From an uncultured archaeon (GTDB lineage: Archaea; EX4484-52; CAZKIC01), in the NCBI GenBank assembly GCA_964552785.1, contig CAZKIC010000001.1:1-27858 (forward strand): a stretch of 27,858 bases of DNA, in the 5' to 3' direction. Position numbers and translations under genes: made by a program. Below are positions 17,046 to 27,600 of the stretch, in pieces (positions within the stretch are counted from its first letter, which is position 1; every line of letters begins with the position of its first letter). The notes beneath the pieces were generated by a model. It was not told the origin of the DNA and did no database searches. It worked only from the letters and a program-made list of their open reading frames with translations.

Positions 17046-17584
17046 TTAAGAATATGTTTAGATCCGTCACCTTTAACACGATTTATAATCTTCCCGGCCA
17101 GTTCTTCAGGAGAATCAAACTCAGAACTTAGAATCAGATCATATCTTGACTTGTCTCCAAAAGTTATTCCGTAAAAATCATGATATCTTTTTTCATTCTC
17201 AGAATCCCTGAATTCCAGAAGCTTTTTTGCTTCTTCAACAGAAATATTGTCTCTGACAGAAACCCTTTTAGCCCTCACATCTAAAGGACAATCCAAAAAA
17301 ACTCTAAAAGAACAGTTGCAAAAAAAAGCCGTAATCCTTCCTTCAAAAACCGCGTTATTATACTTCAATGAAAGTTCTCTCATTTTCTCATCCAGGTACA
17401 TGTCATACTTATCTTCCTTTCTAACTAATTTCGTAAATTCTTCTAAAGACATTCCTTCTTCCTTTGCCATTTCCCTAAAAAGATCTCCGGCAGAAAACGG
17501 TCCCTTCATATTCAGTCTCTTGGCAAGAACTCTGGATAATGTTCCCTTACCACTTCCGGAAACACCATCTATACAAATATTCAT
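17039..17584 (-). CDS. cmk: Cytidylate kinase (archaeal type)
   Basis: MNICIDGVSGSGKGT, SAGDLFREMAKE.GMSLEEF, FEGR, RAKRVSVRD, RY..FYGI. Start at ATG 17584 rather than the track start at 17698. Confidence 0.88.
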   Translation of the reverse strand: MNICIDGVSGSGKGTLSRVLAKRLNMKGPFSAGDLFREMAKEEGMSLEEFTKLVRKEDKYDMYLDEKMRELSLKYNNAVFEGRITAFFCNCSFRVFLDCPLDVRAKRVSVRDNISVEEAKKLLEFRDSENEKRYHDFYGITFGDKSRYDLILSSEFDSPEELAGKIINRVKGDGSKHILNQ

Positions 17585-17648
17585 AACAACACCAAAGAAA
17601 CAATTATGAATATATTGAAGTTTAATTCTATATATATTTAAAAAAAAC

Positions 17649-18209
17649 TCAGAGAATATTGGATAATTCTTCTGCAGCTTTATCCAGGCCATTGTCATGA
17701 TTATAGATAACTTTAACTGTACATCCTGTTAAAACAGAATAAGACATTGCTACCGCCCTGTTGATGTTCTGGTGTAAATGAATCTCCTCTAAAGAATCTC
17801 CATCTCTAACTCTGGATTTGTCCTTATTCCTTCTATTAAATATCTCTTCATCATCCGCCTCAACCAAAACAAACAAATCCGGTTTTAATAAACTGATAAC
17901 ATATTCCGGAAATCCTGACAAAAAACCTTTAGGTGTTTTAATTGAAGCATGGCTGTCTATAAGAATATTCTCATTCCTGGCCATCTCTGCTATTTTCTTT
18001 GCAGTCAACTTCTGGTTCTCTTTTTGCTTTTCCTGAGGCAATTTCCTCAGTTCATCTCTGTCCTTTACCCATCCCTTGTCTTTAGCATTCTCGAACATAA
18101 GAGTTCCGTAATTAACTAATTTATAATCTTTAGAAGACAATTCTAAAGCCCTGCTTATTACTGTGCTCTTTCCTACTCCTGGTATTCCTGCTACTATAAC
18201 TAAAGTCAT
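17649..18209 (-). CDS. adk: Adenylate kinase (archaeal AdkA type)
   Basis: VIVAGIPGVGKST, VNYGTLM, DRDELRKLP, IDSHASIKTPKGFLSGFP. ATG 18209 follows GGTGAGGTGT. Confidence 0.92.
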   Translation of the reverse strand: MTLVIVAGIPGVGKSTVISRALELSSKDYKLVNYGTLMFENAKDKGWVKDRDELRKLPQEKQKENQKLTAKKIAEMARNENILIDSHASIKTPKGFLSGFPEYVISLLKPDLFVLVEADDEEIFNRRNKDKSRVRDGDSLEEIHLHQNINRAVAMSYSVLTGCTVKVIYNHDNGLDKAAEELSNIL

Positions 18210-18333
18210 ACACCTCACCAATATAGATAAATTCCGCAACTTTTATATATATTACACAAATATACATTAGTATTATAAAATTTAAGCCTAAAAATGAATC
18301 TAAAGACTATAAAAAATAAAATGTGAAAAAAAC

Positions 18334-19146
18334 ATGACAGAGAAAAAAGTAGAACTAACAGATGAAGAAATTAAGGAGATAAAATCGCTTCTTGATAAAT
18401 TTGATTCTTTAAAATCAAAAACAAGAGAACTCAAAAATCAAAGAGATAAAGTTATTGAACAGATTAAGAAAGAACTAAAACCAAAAAGAGACGAATTAAA
18501 CAAAGAAGTGGCTATATTAAGATCTAAAATAGAAAGAAACACAAAAAAACTTGAAAAGCTTCTGAAAGAAAAAGGAATAACCGAGAAATCAAAGAACTCT
18601 TTCGCTTTCTTAAAAAAAGAATTGAGACGACTTGAATGGAAAGTTCAGACAGAAGTTCTTTCCATAAAACAAGACGAGAACATTCGCAAGAAAATTGAAG
18701 AAATCGAAAAAAAAATAAAAGACACAGCAGACATAGAACGGATAAAAAGATTCTTAAAAATAGACAATGAGAAAATAGAGCAAGTTAAAAAAGAAGCAGA
18801 CAAATTACATGATTTAATAAAAGAAAAATCTGAAGAAGGGGAGAAATTCCACAAAAAATTGATGGAATTGATGGATGAACTCACAAAACATAAAAAACAA
18901 ATAGAAGAAAAGAAAGACAAGATTGAAGCTTTCAGAAAAGAAAAGAAAAAAGCGAAAACAAGTAGCAGAGCTTCAAAGAGAAAAAGCGAAAAAATAATAA
19001 AACAAAAGGAATACAAACCATCAAAAGAAGACAAAAAGAAAGCTTTGGAAGAAGCAGAACAGCTTTACAAAGACTTCATGGCAGGAAAGAAACTTTCTGG
19101 AGAAGACCTCATCAAAGTACAAGAATATATGAAATCGTTGGACTAA
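18334..19146 (+). CDS. Conserved archaeal coiled-coil protein (COG1340-like)
   Basis: Heptad-rich throughout; RRLEWKVQTEVLS and C-terminal AEQLYKDFMAGKKLSGEDL resemble my recollection of this family. Confidence 0.72.
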   Translation: MTEKKVELTDEEIKEIKSLLDKFDSLKSKTRELKNQRDKVIEQIKKELKPKRDELNKEVAILRSKIERNTKKLEKLLKEKGITEKSKNSFAFLKKELRRLEWKVQTEVLSIKQDENIRKKIEEIEKKIKDTADIERIKRFLKIDNEKIEQVKKEADKLHDLIKEKSEEGEKFHKKLMELMDELTKHKKQIEEKKDKIEAFRKEKKKAKTSSRASKRKSEKIIKQKEYKPSKEDKKKALEEAEQLYKDFMAGKKLSGEDLIKVQEYMKSLD

Positions 19147-19183
19147 CATAACAAAAGATTTCAGATATGTAGAATAACAAGGA

Positions 19184-19612
19184 TCAGCCTAAAATCAATT
19201 GGGATGCACCATACCTCAAACAAGATTCAACTTCTTTTCTTGTAATTTCTCTGTCTCTCAAAATCACAAAATAACCTTTAATATTAATGCCGTTTTGTTT
19301 GAGTGTATTAAATACATCTCCGGAAGCTTTAGATATAATTGACTTATAAACATCCTCCAGTCCTGTACGATCTGCAGAAAGATTAAAGACTAAAACTTTA
19401 CCTCTGTCAACATACACATTACCGTCGCAAGGAAATTCAATGTCTCCCAAACCGTATCTTTCAATCATCTTTTCTCTTCCGGGCACATCAGAAAGATAAA
19501 CCTCCACAATGCCATCCGCATTTTCTTTTGAAAGTGCAATCCAGTGGCCGAAAGGATCTCCCAACTTCCGAACATTATACTCAAATTCCTTAAAAATATA
19601 ATTCCCTTCCAT
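19184..19612 (-). CDS. Hypothetical protein (142 aa)
   Basis: ORF divergent from xpd, with TTTAAAAA about 25-30 nt upstream (19643-19636); no motif recognised. Confidence 0.7.
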   Translation of the reverse strand: MEGNYIFKEFEYNVRKLGDPFGHWIALSKENADGIVEVYLSDVPGREKMIERYGLGDIEFPCDGNVYVDRGKVLVFNLSADRTGLEDVYKSIISKASGDVFNTLKQNGINIKGYFVILRDREITRKEVESCLRYGASQLILG

Positions 19613-19648
19613 AACTATTATTAGCCATAGAAAGATTTTTAAAGCTTA

Positions 19649-19680
19649 TATCGGCACACCACACCAATTAACTATATAAA
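19649..19680 (+). promoter_or_regulatory. Promoter with TATCGGCA-N16-TATATAAA architecture (xpd)
   Basis: TATCGGCA 19649-19656, TATATAAA 19673-19680, ATG at 19703. Confidence 0.75.
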
Positions 19681-19702
19681 ACATACAAATTAATTAAGAA
19701 TA

Positions 19703-21601
19703 ATGACCAGAAAAACAAACAACATGAACGAATATTTTCCATATGATGAAATAAGAAAAGGCCAGGACTCATTCATAAAAATAGCAAAAGACATTATTGA
19801 GAATAAAAGGCATCTTCTTGTCCATGCGCCAACAGGCATAGGAAAAACCGTGGCTGCATTAGTGCCTGCACTACAATACTCTTTAAGAAACAAAAAAAGA
19901 ATTGTTTTCGTAACTCCAAGACACCAACAGCACAAAATAGTCATAGACACAATTAAAAGTATAAACAATAGATGGAACACAAGAATATCGATAACAGATT
20001 TCTTGGGCAGACAAAAGATGTGCAACATGGATGTATCTTTGTTGAGTTCAACAGATTTTAATGCGTTCTGCAAACATCATAGAGAAAACAAAACCTGTCC
20101 ATTCTACAATAAAACTTACAAGGATAAAAAAACAACTCCGGAAGCAGACATATTACTAAAAGAATTACACAATCAGGCTCTATATGGTGAAGATTTAAAA
20201 GAGAGGTCATATAAATTCTGTCCGTATGAGATAAACGTGGAATTAGGCAAGAAAACAGATGTGATAGTAGCGGATTATTATCATATATTCAGCCCGAGAA
20301 TAAGGGAGCACTTTCTTAAGAGACTAAACACAAAATTAGATGATATAATACTAATAGTTGATGAAGCCCACAATCTTCCATCAAGAGCAAGATCTCTATT
20401 CTCATCAAGAACATCATTCTATCAAATCAACCGCGTAAAAGAAGAATTAAAGGATTACAACAAAAATATCTCAAAACTGCTCGATTCAATAAACAAAGAT
20501 CTTATGAAAAAATTCAGAAATAAAAACAATATGAAGATCAATGGAGAATTCTTAGTTGAAAAAACAGACTTTACTGAAACAGTAAATAAATATATTCCAT
20601 ACAACGATTTGCTGGACGAACTATACTCCTACAGCGATATCATACATGAAAAAAAGGAGAGATCCTTTGTATCTGGGTTGACAACATTCCTTGAACTATG
20701 GTCTGAGGAAGATTCTTCTCTAGTAAGACTTGTAAATCTAGATGAAAAAGGTTTTAAATTGTCTTTAGAGTGTTTAGATCCATCTATTATAACAAAAGAT
20801 GTTTTTGAAGAAGTGCATTCTTCGGTATGTATGTCTGCAACATTATTGCCGTTGGAAATGTATTCCGACCTGTTGCAGATACCAAACCCGGCAAAGTTGC
20901 AATTAAAAAGCCCGTTTCCAAAAGAAAACAAAATATCAATAATATTGGATAATGTTACAACAAAATTCAGTATGAGAAACGAAGAAGAATATAAAAACAT
21001 TTCTGAAGAATTAATCAAACTATCTGAGATCATACCAGGAAATATAGGTGTATTCTTTCCTTCTTATTATATAAGAGATGAAATTTTGAGACTGATAAGA
21101 GAGAAAGTAAATAAACATCTATTCATTGAGATACAGGGTTCGACAACAGAGCAAAAGAACAAATTGATGGAAGATTTCAAGAAAGCCTCTGAAAACGGCG
21201 GAGGTATACTAATGGCTGTTGTTGGGGCTAATTTCTCGGAAGGTGTTGACTTTAAAGGAGAATGGATGAATGGAGTAATATTGGTAGGTCTGCCTTTAGA
21301 CCGTCCGGATCTGTTGACAAAATCCTTGATAGATTACTATCAAAACAAATTTAAGAAAGGTTGGGAATATGGATACACATACCCTGCAATGAACAAAGCA
21401 ATACAAGCAATGGGTAGGTGTATAAGGTCAGAAAAAGATAAAGGGGTTATAGTTCTAATGGACGCCAGATACAAAGAAAGACGTTACAGAAATTTATTGC
21501 CTTCAGATTATGAATTCATAGAAAAATCAGATGAAAAAATAAAAGAACTTTTCAAAGAATATATCAAACCAAAAACCACAAGTCTAAAAGGATTCATCTA
21601 G
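19703..21601 (+). CDS. xpd: XPD/Rad3-family Fe-S DNA helicase
   Basis: APTGIGKT; four Fe-S cysteines (GRQKMC, FCK, TCPFY, FCPYE); DEAHNL; SATL; FSEGVDF; QAMGRCIRS. Confidence 0.93.
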   Translation: MTRKTNNMNEYFPYDEIRKGQDSFIKIAKDIIENKRHLLVHAPTGIGKTVAALVPALQYSLRNKKRIVFVTPRHQQHKIVIDTIKSINNRWNTRISITDFLGRQKMCNMDVSLLSSTDFNAFCKHHRENKTCPFYNKTYKDKKTTPEADILLKELHNQALYGEDLKERSYKFCPYEINVELGKKTDVIVADYYHIFSPRIREHFLKRLNTKLDDIILIVDEAHNLPSRARSLFSSRTSFYQINRVKEELKDYNKNISKLLDSINKDLMKKFRNKNNMKINGEFLVEKTDFTETVNKYIPYNDLLDELYSYSDIIHEKKERSFVSGLTTFLELWSEEDSSLVRLVNLDEKGFKLSLECLDPSIITKDVFEEVHSSVCMSATLLPLEMYSDLLQIPNPAKLQLKSPFPKENKISIILDNVTTKFSMRNEEEYKNISEELIKLSEIIPGNIGVFFPSYYIRDEILRLIREKVNKHLFIEIQGSTTEQKNKLMEDFKKASENGGGILMAVVGANFSEGVDFKGEWMNGVILVGLPLDRPDLLTKSLIDYYQNKFKKGWEYGYTYPAMNKAIQAMGRCIRSEKDKGVIVLMDARYKERRYRNLLPSDYEFIEKSDEKIKELFKEYIKPKTTSLKGFI

Positions 21602-24600
21602 AAATTCGCTCCGCAACCACTACATGTACCTTCCAAAATCCTGGATCCGCATTTCGTACATCTTAAAGGAACTCCTTCTATAACCTTTACAATATCAGAA
21701 ACATAGCTATCATCACTGACTTTGTTTGCGAAGTATGCATAATCCTTCTCAACTTTTTCCTCGAGAGCCTCTACAGTCTGGCTCAATCTGCTCTTAATAC
21801 TGTCTAAAGGACCTTGTTTCTGCATCTTAGGTAATTCCTGACGCGCTCCAACAAAAGCTGGAGACGCGCCAGAAACGGTTGGCTTTATCGGATAACCATT
21901 AGATGAAATCTTGCTTCTGTACATAAAGAAAGACGCAACAACTACAGCCAACAACACAATAAACAATAAATACCAATACCACGCTAAACCTTGTTGAATC
22001 TCTTCTTCCTGAATCTTGGCGATAAGTGCATTTGCATCATTCAGTTTCTGTCTTGAAAGCTCATAATTTCCATTCTCAATGGCGTTGTAAGCCTCACCCA
22101 AAACTCTCTTAGCATCATCATAAAATAATCTTTTATAATCAGGCAGGGCTTCATAATCCATCGAAGTTAATATACTGTTCAAAGAGGTATACCTTGACAT
22201 TAAAGAGTCATATTCAGAATTGTCAAGTTCAAAAACAAACAACTCTGTGAATGTTTTTTCGTCTGACTGTATCCTTACTCCAACATCATAAACTGTTTCT
22301 ATGAACAATTCTTTCGGACAGACATTCATTCTCAGAGTTCCTGTTTCTCCCGGAGATAAAGAATCAATACTGTCTAAACCACGTATATTAAACTCAGGAA
22401 ATTGCGAATCCATAATCTTTAGATTGTTAAGTGTTTCTGTTCCATCATTTTCAACACTCACATAATAATCAGAACAAGCTCCTTTTGACAAATAAACTGT
22501 GTTGTCTAAAATACGCAATGAACTATATGTTAAAAGAGGCGCTGTCACTATTCCGGAGGTGGATGATGACATGCCTCCTGTACTTCCTCCGGTACTCCGG
22601 CTAGAACTGGAACCTCCTCCGCAATTAGAACAACCACTAGATGTTCCGGCAGGCCAATCAACCTCTATATATTCAACTTCCTTGCTTGACAAAGCATACA
22701 TCCCCGTAATAAAAGAATTCTGTCCGCTCTTGTCAACCTTTATTGAAACATTGTTCGGATATACGGATATATTATAAACAAGATATATATTGTTGGAAGA
22801 GTAATCATAATAAGATGATGAGTTTATAGTGTGATTTGTTTCATTTCTTAATATAGCTGTTGCCCCAGAGATTCCATTAGAAATATGTATCTCAAAAATA
22901 CCCAGACCTTCGCTTGAATTAACAACAAAAGTCTTATTATTTCCATTTGTTTGGTCACGACCTCTCACAACAGTAATATTTAATTCTGTTGTATTAACTA
23001 TCGGCAGGTATCCCTGTCTTGTTATATTTGAATTATTGATCCATAATATATAATTTCCAGGAATTACATGAGTAAACAAAACACCAGGATCGGTTACATT
23101 GTAAACATTATTAAGGGATACATTAACACCCTCTATATCATTTCCTGTTGCATTTGTTATATTAACTAAGTATTTGGTGTCATTAACATATATTGTCTTT
23201 AATGTAATCTCTCCAGCATTGATAATTGAGACATTGCTTGATGAAGCCCCAAGATATTCTGGAAGATTATTGAATGTTATGTTGTAATCTCCTAAAGGAA
23301 GAATAGAGAACAAAACAGAACCGTTTTGTGTGGTATTTGTTCTTGAAACCGGTCCATTTATGCTTAAAGAGATGCCGTCAACATATTGGTTTAACTGATC
23401 TATGAGTGTTATGTTTAATCTTGTTGTGTTTATAATTATATTTTCTGTTGTGTTCTCACCAGGACTTATTGTATAAGTTGTTGTAAAGTTGTCATAACCC
23501 TTGTTTCCTCCTATGACTGTGACATCATAGGTAAGATCCCTGAAGAACTCTGAAACAACAGACGGACTGCTCAATGTAAGATTTACATCATAATCAACGC
23601 CGTTGTCTATCAAAACATTAACTCCTTCGACATAATTCCCATTTTCGTCAACAAACCTTATTGTCTTGTATCCCCACCCTTTTGGATATAAATAGTAATC
23701 CTTTGAAGTGGTTCCGCTGAATGAAGAATTATCTGACATCTCCTCAAAGTTAACAACAGCAATTGAAACATTATAAGGCTGATAATACGGATTAATAATA
23801 ATATTGAATTGGCCGTTGTTGTGAGATCCTTTATACATTGTGTTGAGATTATCATCAACAGTGCTTACAGTTCCTGGATACAATGAAGAATCTAACAATT
23901 GGTTTGTCATTATATTATAAAGATTTCCTGAAAATGTTCCGCTTCCAGTCATAGGAACTTCTCCGCCTCTAACTTTATGGATTTCTCCCTCCGACAATGT
24001 AGTTGTCTCTACAGTATCTAAATACCCTTGTTTTGACACCTCTATATTATACGTGATAGTTGTCGGACTTCCAACAACAGAATCTTGCGAATAAGGACTC
24101 ACATTGAAATAGAAAGTTCCATTTGCATCTGTTGTTACAGAATACCTTGTGTCTCCATTATGCTTTAATTTTATTGTTGCATACGAAACATTATATCTTG
24201 GATCTCCTGTTGTTACGAAATATTTGTCATAAACATGTCCTGAAACAACAGCAGTTCCTGTCAATGAAACCTTGAAACTTCCATAAACCCCTCTTGTGTT
24301 CTGATTGTAATTGTCATAATGCGTTCCATTAAAATATAGAGAATCGTCATAAGAATCGTAACTGCTGTATCCTTCCGCAAAAATAGAAACATAATAATTT
24401 GAAAGACCATTGACTCTTATGAAAGCATCTCCGTTGCTGTCAGTATAATCCTCTCCTACAATAATATATCCTATAGCTCGTCCATCCAGATAATTGGCAT
24501 AACCCATCTCCCCTCCTTTTACAGAAAAATGATAGAATGCAGAAGGAAGATTCTCAAAAACAACCCACCCTGTTGAATTCGTCAGATTTGTATATGAAGA

Positions 24601-27600
24601 AGATTCATTTGTATAAGCACTTAAAGAAACAAATCTTGATCCAGAATCATCAAAATATTGAAGATCTGCAATAGTTACAAATATACCGGAATTTCCTATC
24701 TCTTTAGTATCTCCTAAATCAACAAACTCTGTATCTGATCCGACACTTATGTTTGCAGAAGTCTGATTTATTCCTGTTACACTCAGTATCTTCCCGTTTA
24801 TGGTCCTTGTATCTCCTATAAACATAACCTCAGAATATATATCGTAAGCGGTCGCAACAACAGTTATATTTCCACCCAAAGAAGATCCTGTATAATTGGT
24901 AAGATGAATATACACATTATAAGATGGGTACGAAGGAGGATCAAGCCAGACAGAATTGTTCTGCCCTGCCTGAACATTAAATGCAGTATAATTTATTGAA
25001 TTTGTTTTTATTCCTATTGCATTTGTCGCATTGACAGTAACATTATAAGTTCCAGAAGGAACTGCCCTAAACATTATCATACCATTAGAATTCGTAAGAC
25101 CTGTTAAAGGATCTCCTGAAGCATTGGTCACAACAGAACTTGCACCCATTATACCCGTATACACAGTTACATTTGCGTTCTGTATCGCCTCGAATGTTGC
25201 ATTAGTAACATTAACCCATAAATATGTTATATTAACAGTTATCAGACAGGTTTGTGTCGGAGATGAATGCGAACAACTCTCGCTGTTATTAATTCCGTAA
25301 CCAACTGAAGATCCATTAACAACAACATTATAACTTCCGTCCTGCAGTCCTGAAAAAGATACCTTACCATTTACTGTGTTCTTGGATTGTGAAAAAGAGG
25401 AATTGGATATTGTAACATTCACACCATCTTCGACATAAAGATTGTCTGTATCCTTTACTTCTATAATCATTCCTCCTTCGTCAAATGTAAAATTATAGAA
25501 CTCTGATGAGACATTACAGTTTCCTTCTCTGTCACATATTGTGAAATTCCAGCGATAAGAGCCAGATTGTAAAGTTAATTCTAAAGATATATTTGTTGAG
25601 AACGAAGAATTTGCTGCATTGTATGATGTTCCGTTGTAATAAGTAATACTTAAATTAACTTGCTCTGTTGCAGTAACAGCCAGCAAAACTGTTGATCCTG
25701 TAACTGTGCTTTCATTAGCAGGATAGACATTTGTGTAATTAGGGGTTGTTATATCATTCACATGGAACACTCTTGTATTAGTCTGATTTGTATTCCCGTA
25801 TGTATCCCTCCCTATCACATAGAAACCTATGTCTTTTCCCTCATACCCTTGTGTATTGAAAGTAAAGTTAGCCCAGTCCGAAGGCGCATTCATTGAAGTT
25901 ACTGTGTTCTCAGCAGTATAGGAGCCTGTTTTGTTTGTATACAACGTAGCATTCTCTAAATGAGTGTCCGTCCAATATGAATATATTAAAACTATTTCTC
26001 CTTCATCAACAGCCCCCGAAGAATTGTCTCCGTAATTTGTGTATGTCGGGCTTGAAGTGTCGTCCATTTGTATGCTTTGTGTCGGGCTTGAATCGGTTTC
26101 GCCAATAACAACAACCATGGTTCTGTTTTCATAAGAAGAATGATTAGCGGTCAGATTATAAGACCCAGGAATAACATTGCTCCAATTTATATTCCCATTA
26201 ACGTCTGTAAGTCCTGTCATTAATGTTCCTAAAGCAGTGGTTGCTATAGTACTTCCCACAGGACCATTCCATAGAGTAACATTTACCCCTTGAGCATTTC
26301 CTCCGTTTGCTGTTGTATGAACTGTAAATGTTATGGCTGGTAAATTAAAAACACGATAATTGGTTGTACCTGCTACAATTCCTGAATATGTTCCTGAATC
26401 AGTTACACACCCACCTTGACTTCCGTTTATCACATAATTATATGTCCCTGTTGGTGTCCTTACAAACAAAGCGCTTTCTCCTGAACTGATGTTAGCTGAG
26501 AAATTGCATATATTCTCATAAGCCTGTGCAGACGAGCAAGATGATAATGTATAATTAACATAGATATTTGGGCCACTATAACCAGAACAATTAACTGTAA
26601 CATTAAGTTTGGTCTCATTGAGTTTGTAACTCAAAACATAATTTCCATTTGACTGCGCGCTTTCATTATACTGAAATATTTGAACAAGTGCATTCTTAAT
26701 AGGCCAGCCGTTTAAAGAATCATTAACATGTGTATGGAACATCGCCTCAAGATAGAATGCATCATCGCCCGTAAAGCCATGATCAGAATTGTATCCATTC
26801 ATTGAATTATCTTTCACAACAGTCTGATAACCATCTCTTTTAGCCTGAACTCTAAATGTTAGTGTTCCATCAATATACATAGAGAAATTGCCGTTTTGGG
26901 TTACCTGCGAATATAAGACATCATCAGAGGACAAAGAAAGAACCTGGACAGTTGCATCCTCTATAAAATGATATGTTTTTTTGTCAATAACGTATCCATA
27001 TATATAAGTGCTTCCTCTCATTTTGATATCGAAATTAACAAGGTTGTAGTCTTTTGAATAATTTGTTGTTACATTATTCTGGTATCCTGATTTAGACATG
27101 CTTAAATAATAACCAGATGTTAAAGAAACATTCAAATCAAAAGATCCTGAAGAATTTGTTTTAAAACTATAAAGGGTTGTGTTGCTTCCGTAGGATTTAA
27201 GATCGACATCCACATCCGCCAGTCTATCCAGATTATACTCATCTATGATATTTATGAAAACCCTGGTGCTTCCGTACAATTCTCCATTCAATGTATTGTG
27301 GCCTATAGTTGAGGTATAATTAACACCGCCATTATCATAGACTCTTGGTATGTATCCGGCTTTTGAGAAATTTAAATTATATTCAACACCAGAAGGTATG
27401 GCTATACTATAATCTCCATTGCTGTCTGTAGAGGTAATGTAGATATTGTCATTTGTTACATCTCTAACAACAACAGAAGCATTTCTTATCTGAACTGCTC
27501 CAATCTTTGTAACTCCCGCTTTAACAAACTCCTTCAGATTGCCGTCTATTGTTGCCTTACCTTTCATCAAGATATCTCCTATATCATTTGTCCCTGATGT

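Noticed and set aside
26044-26091. 13-nt direct repeat TGTCGGGCTTGAA
   Set aside because: It encodes two SSPT linker peptides within the surface protein; not a mobile-element or CRISPR repeat.
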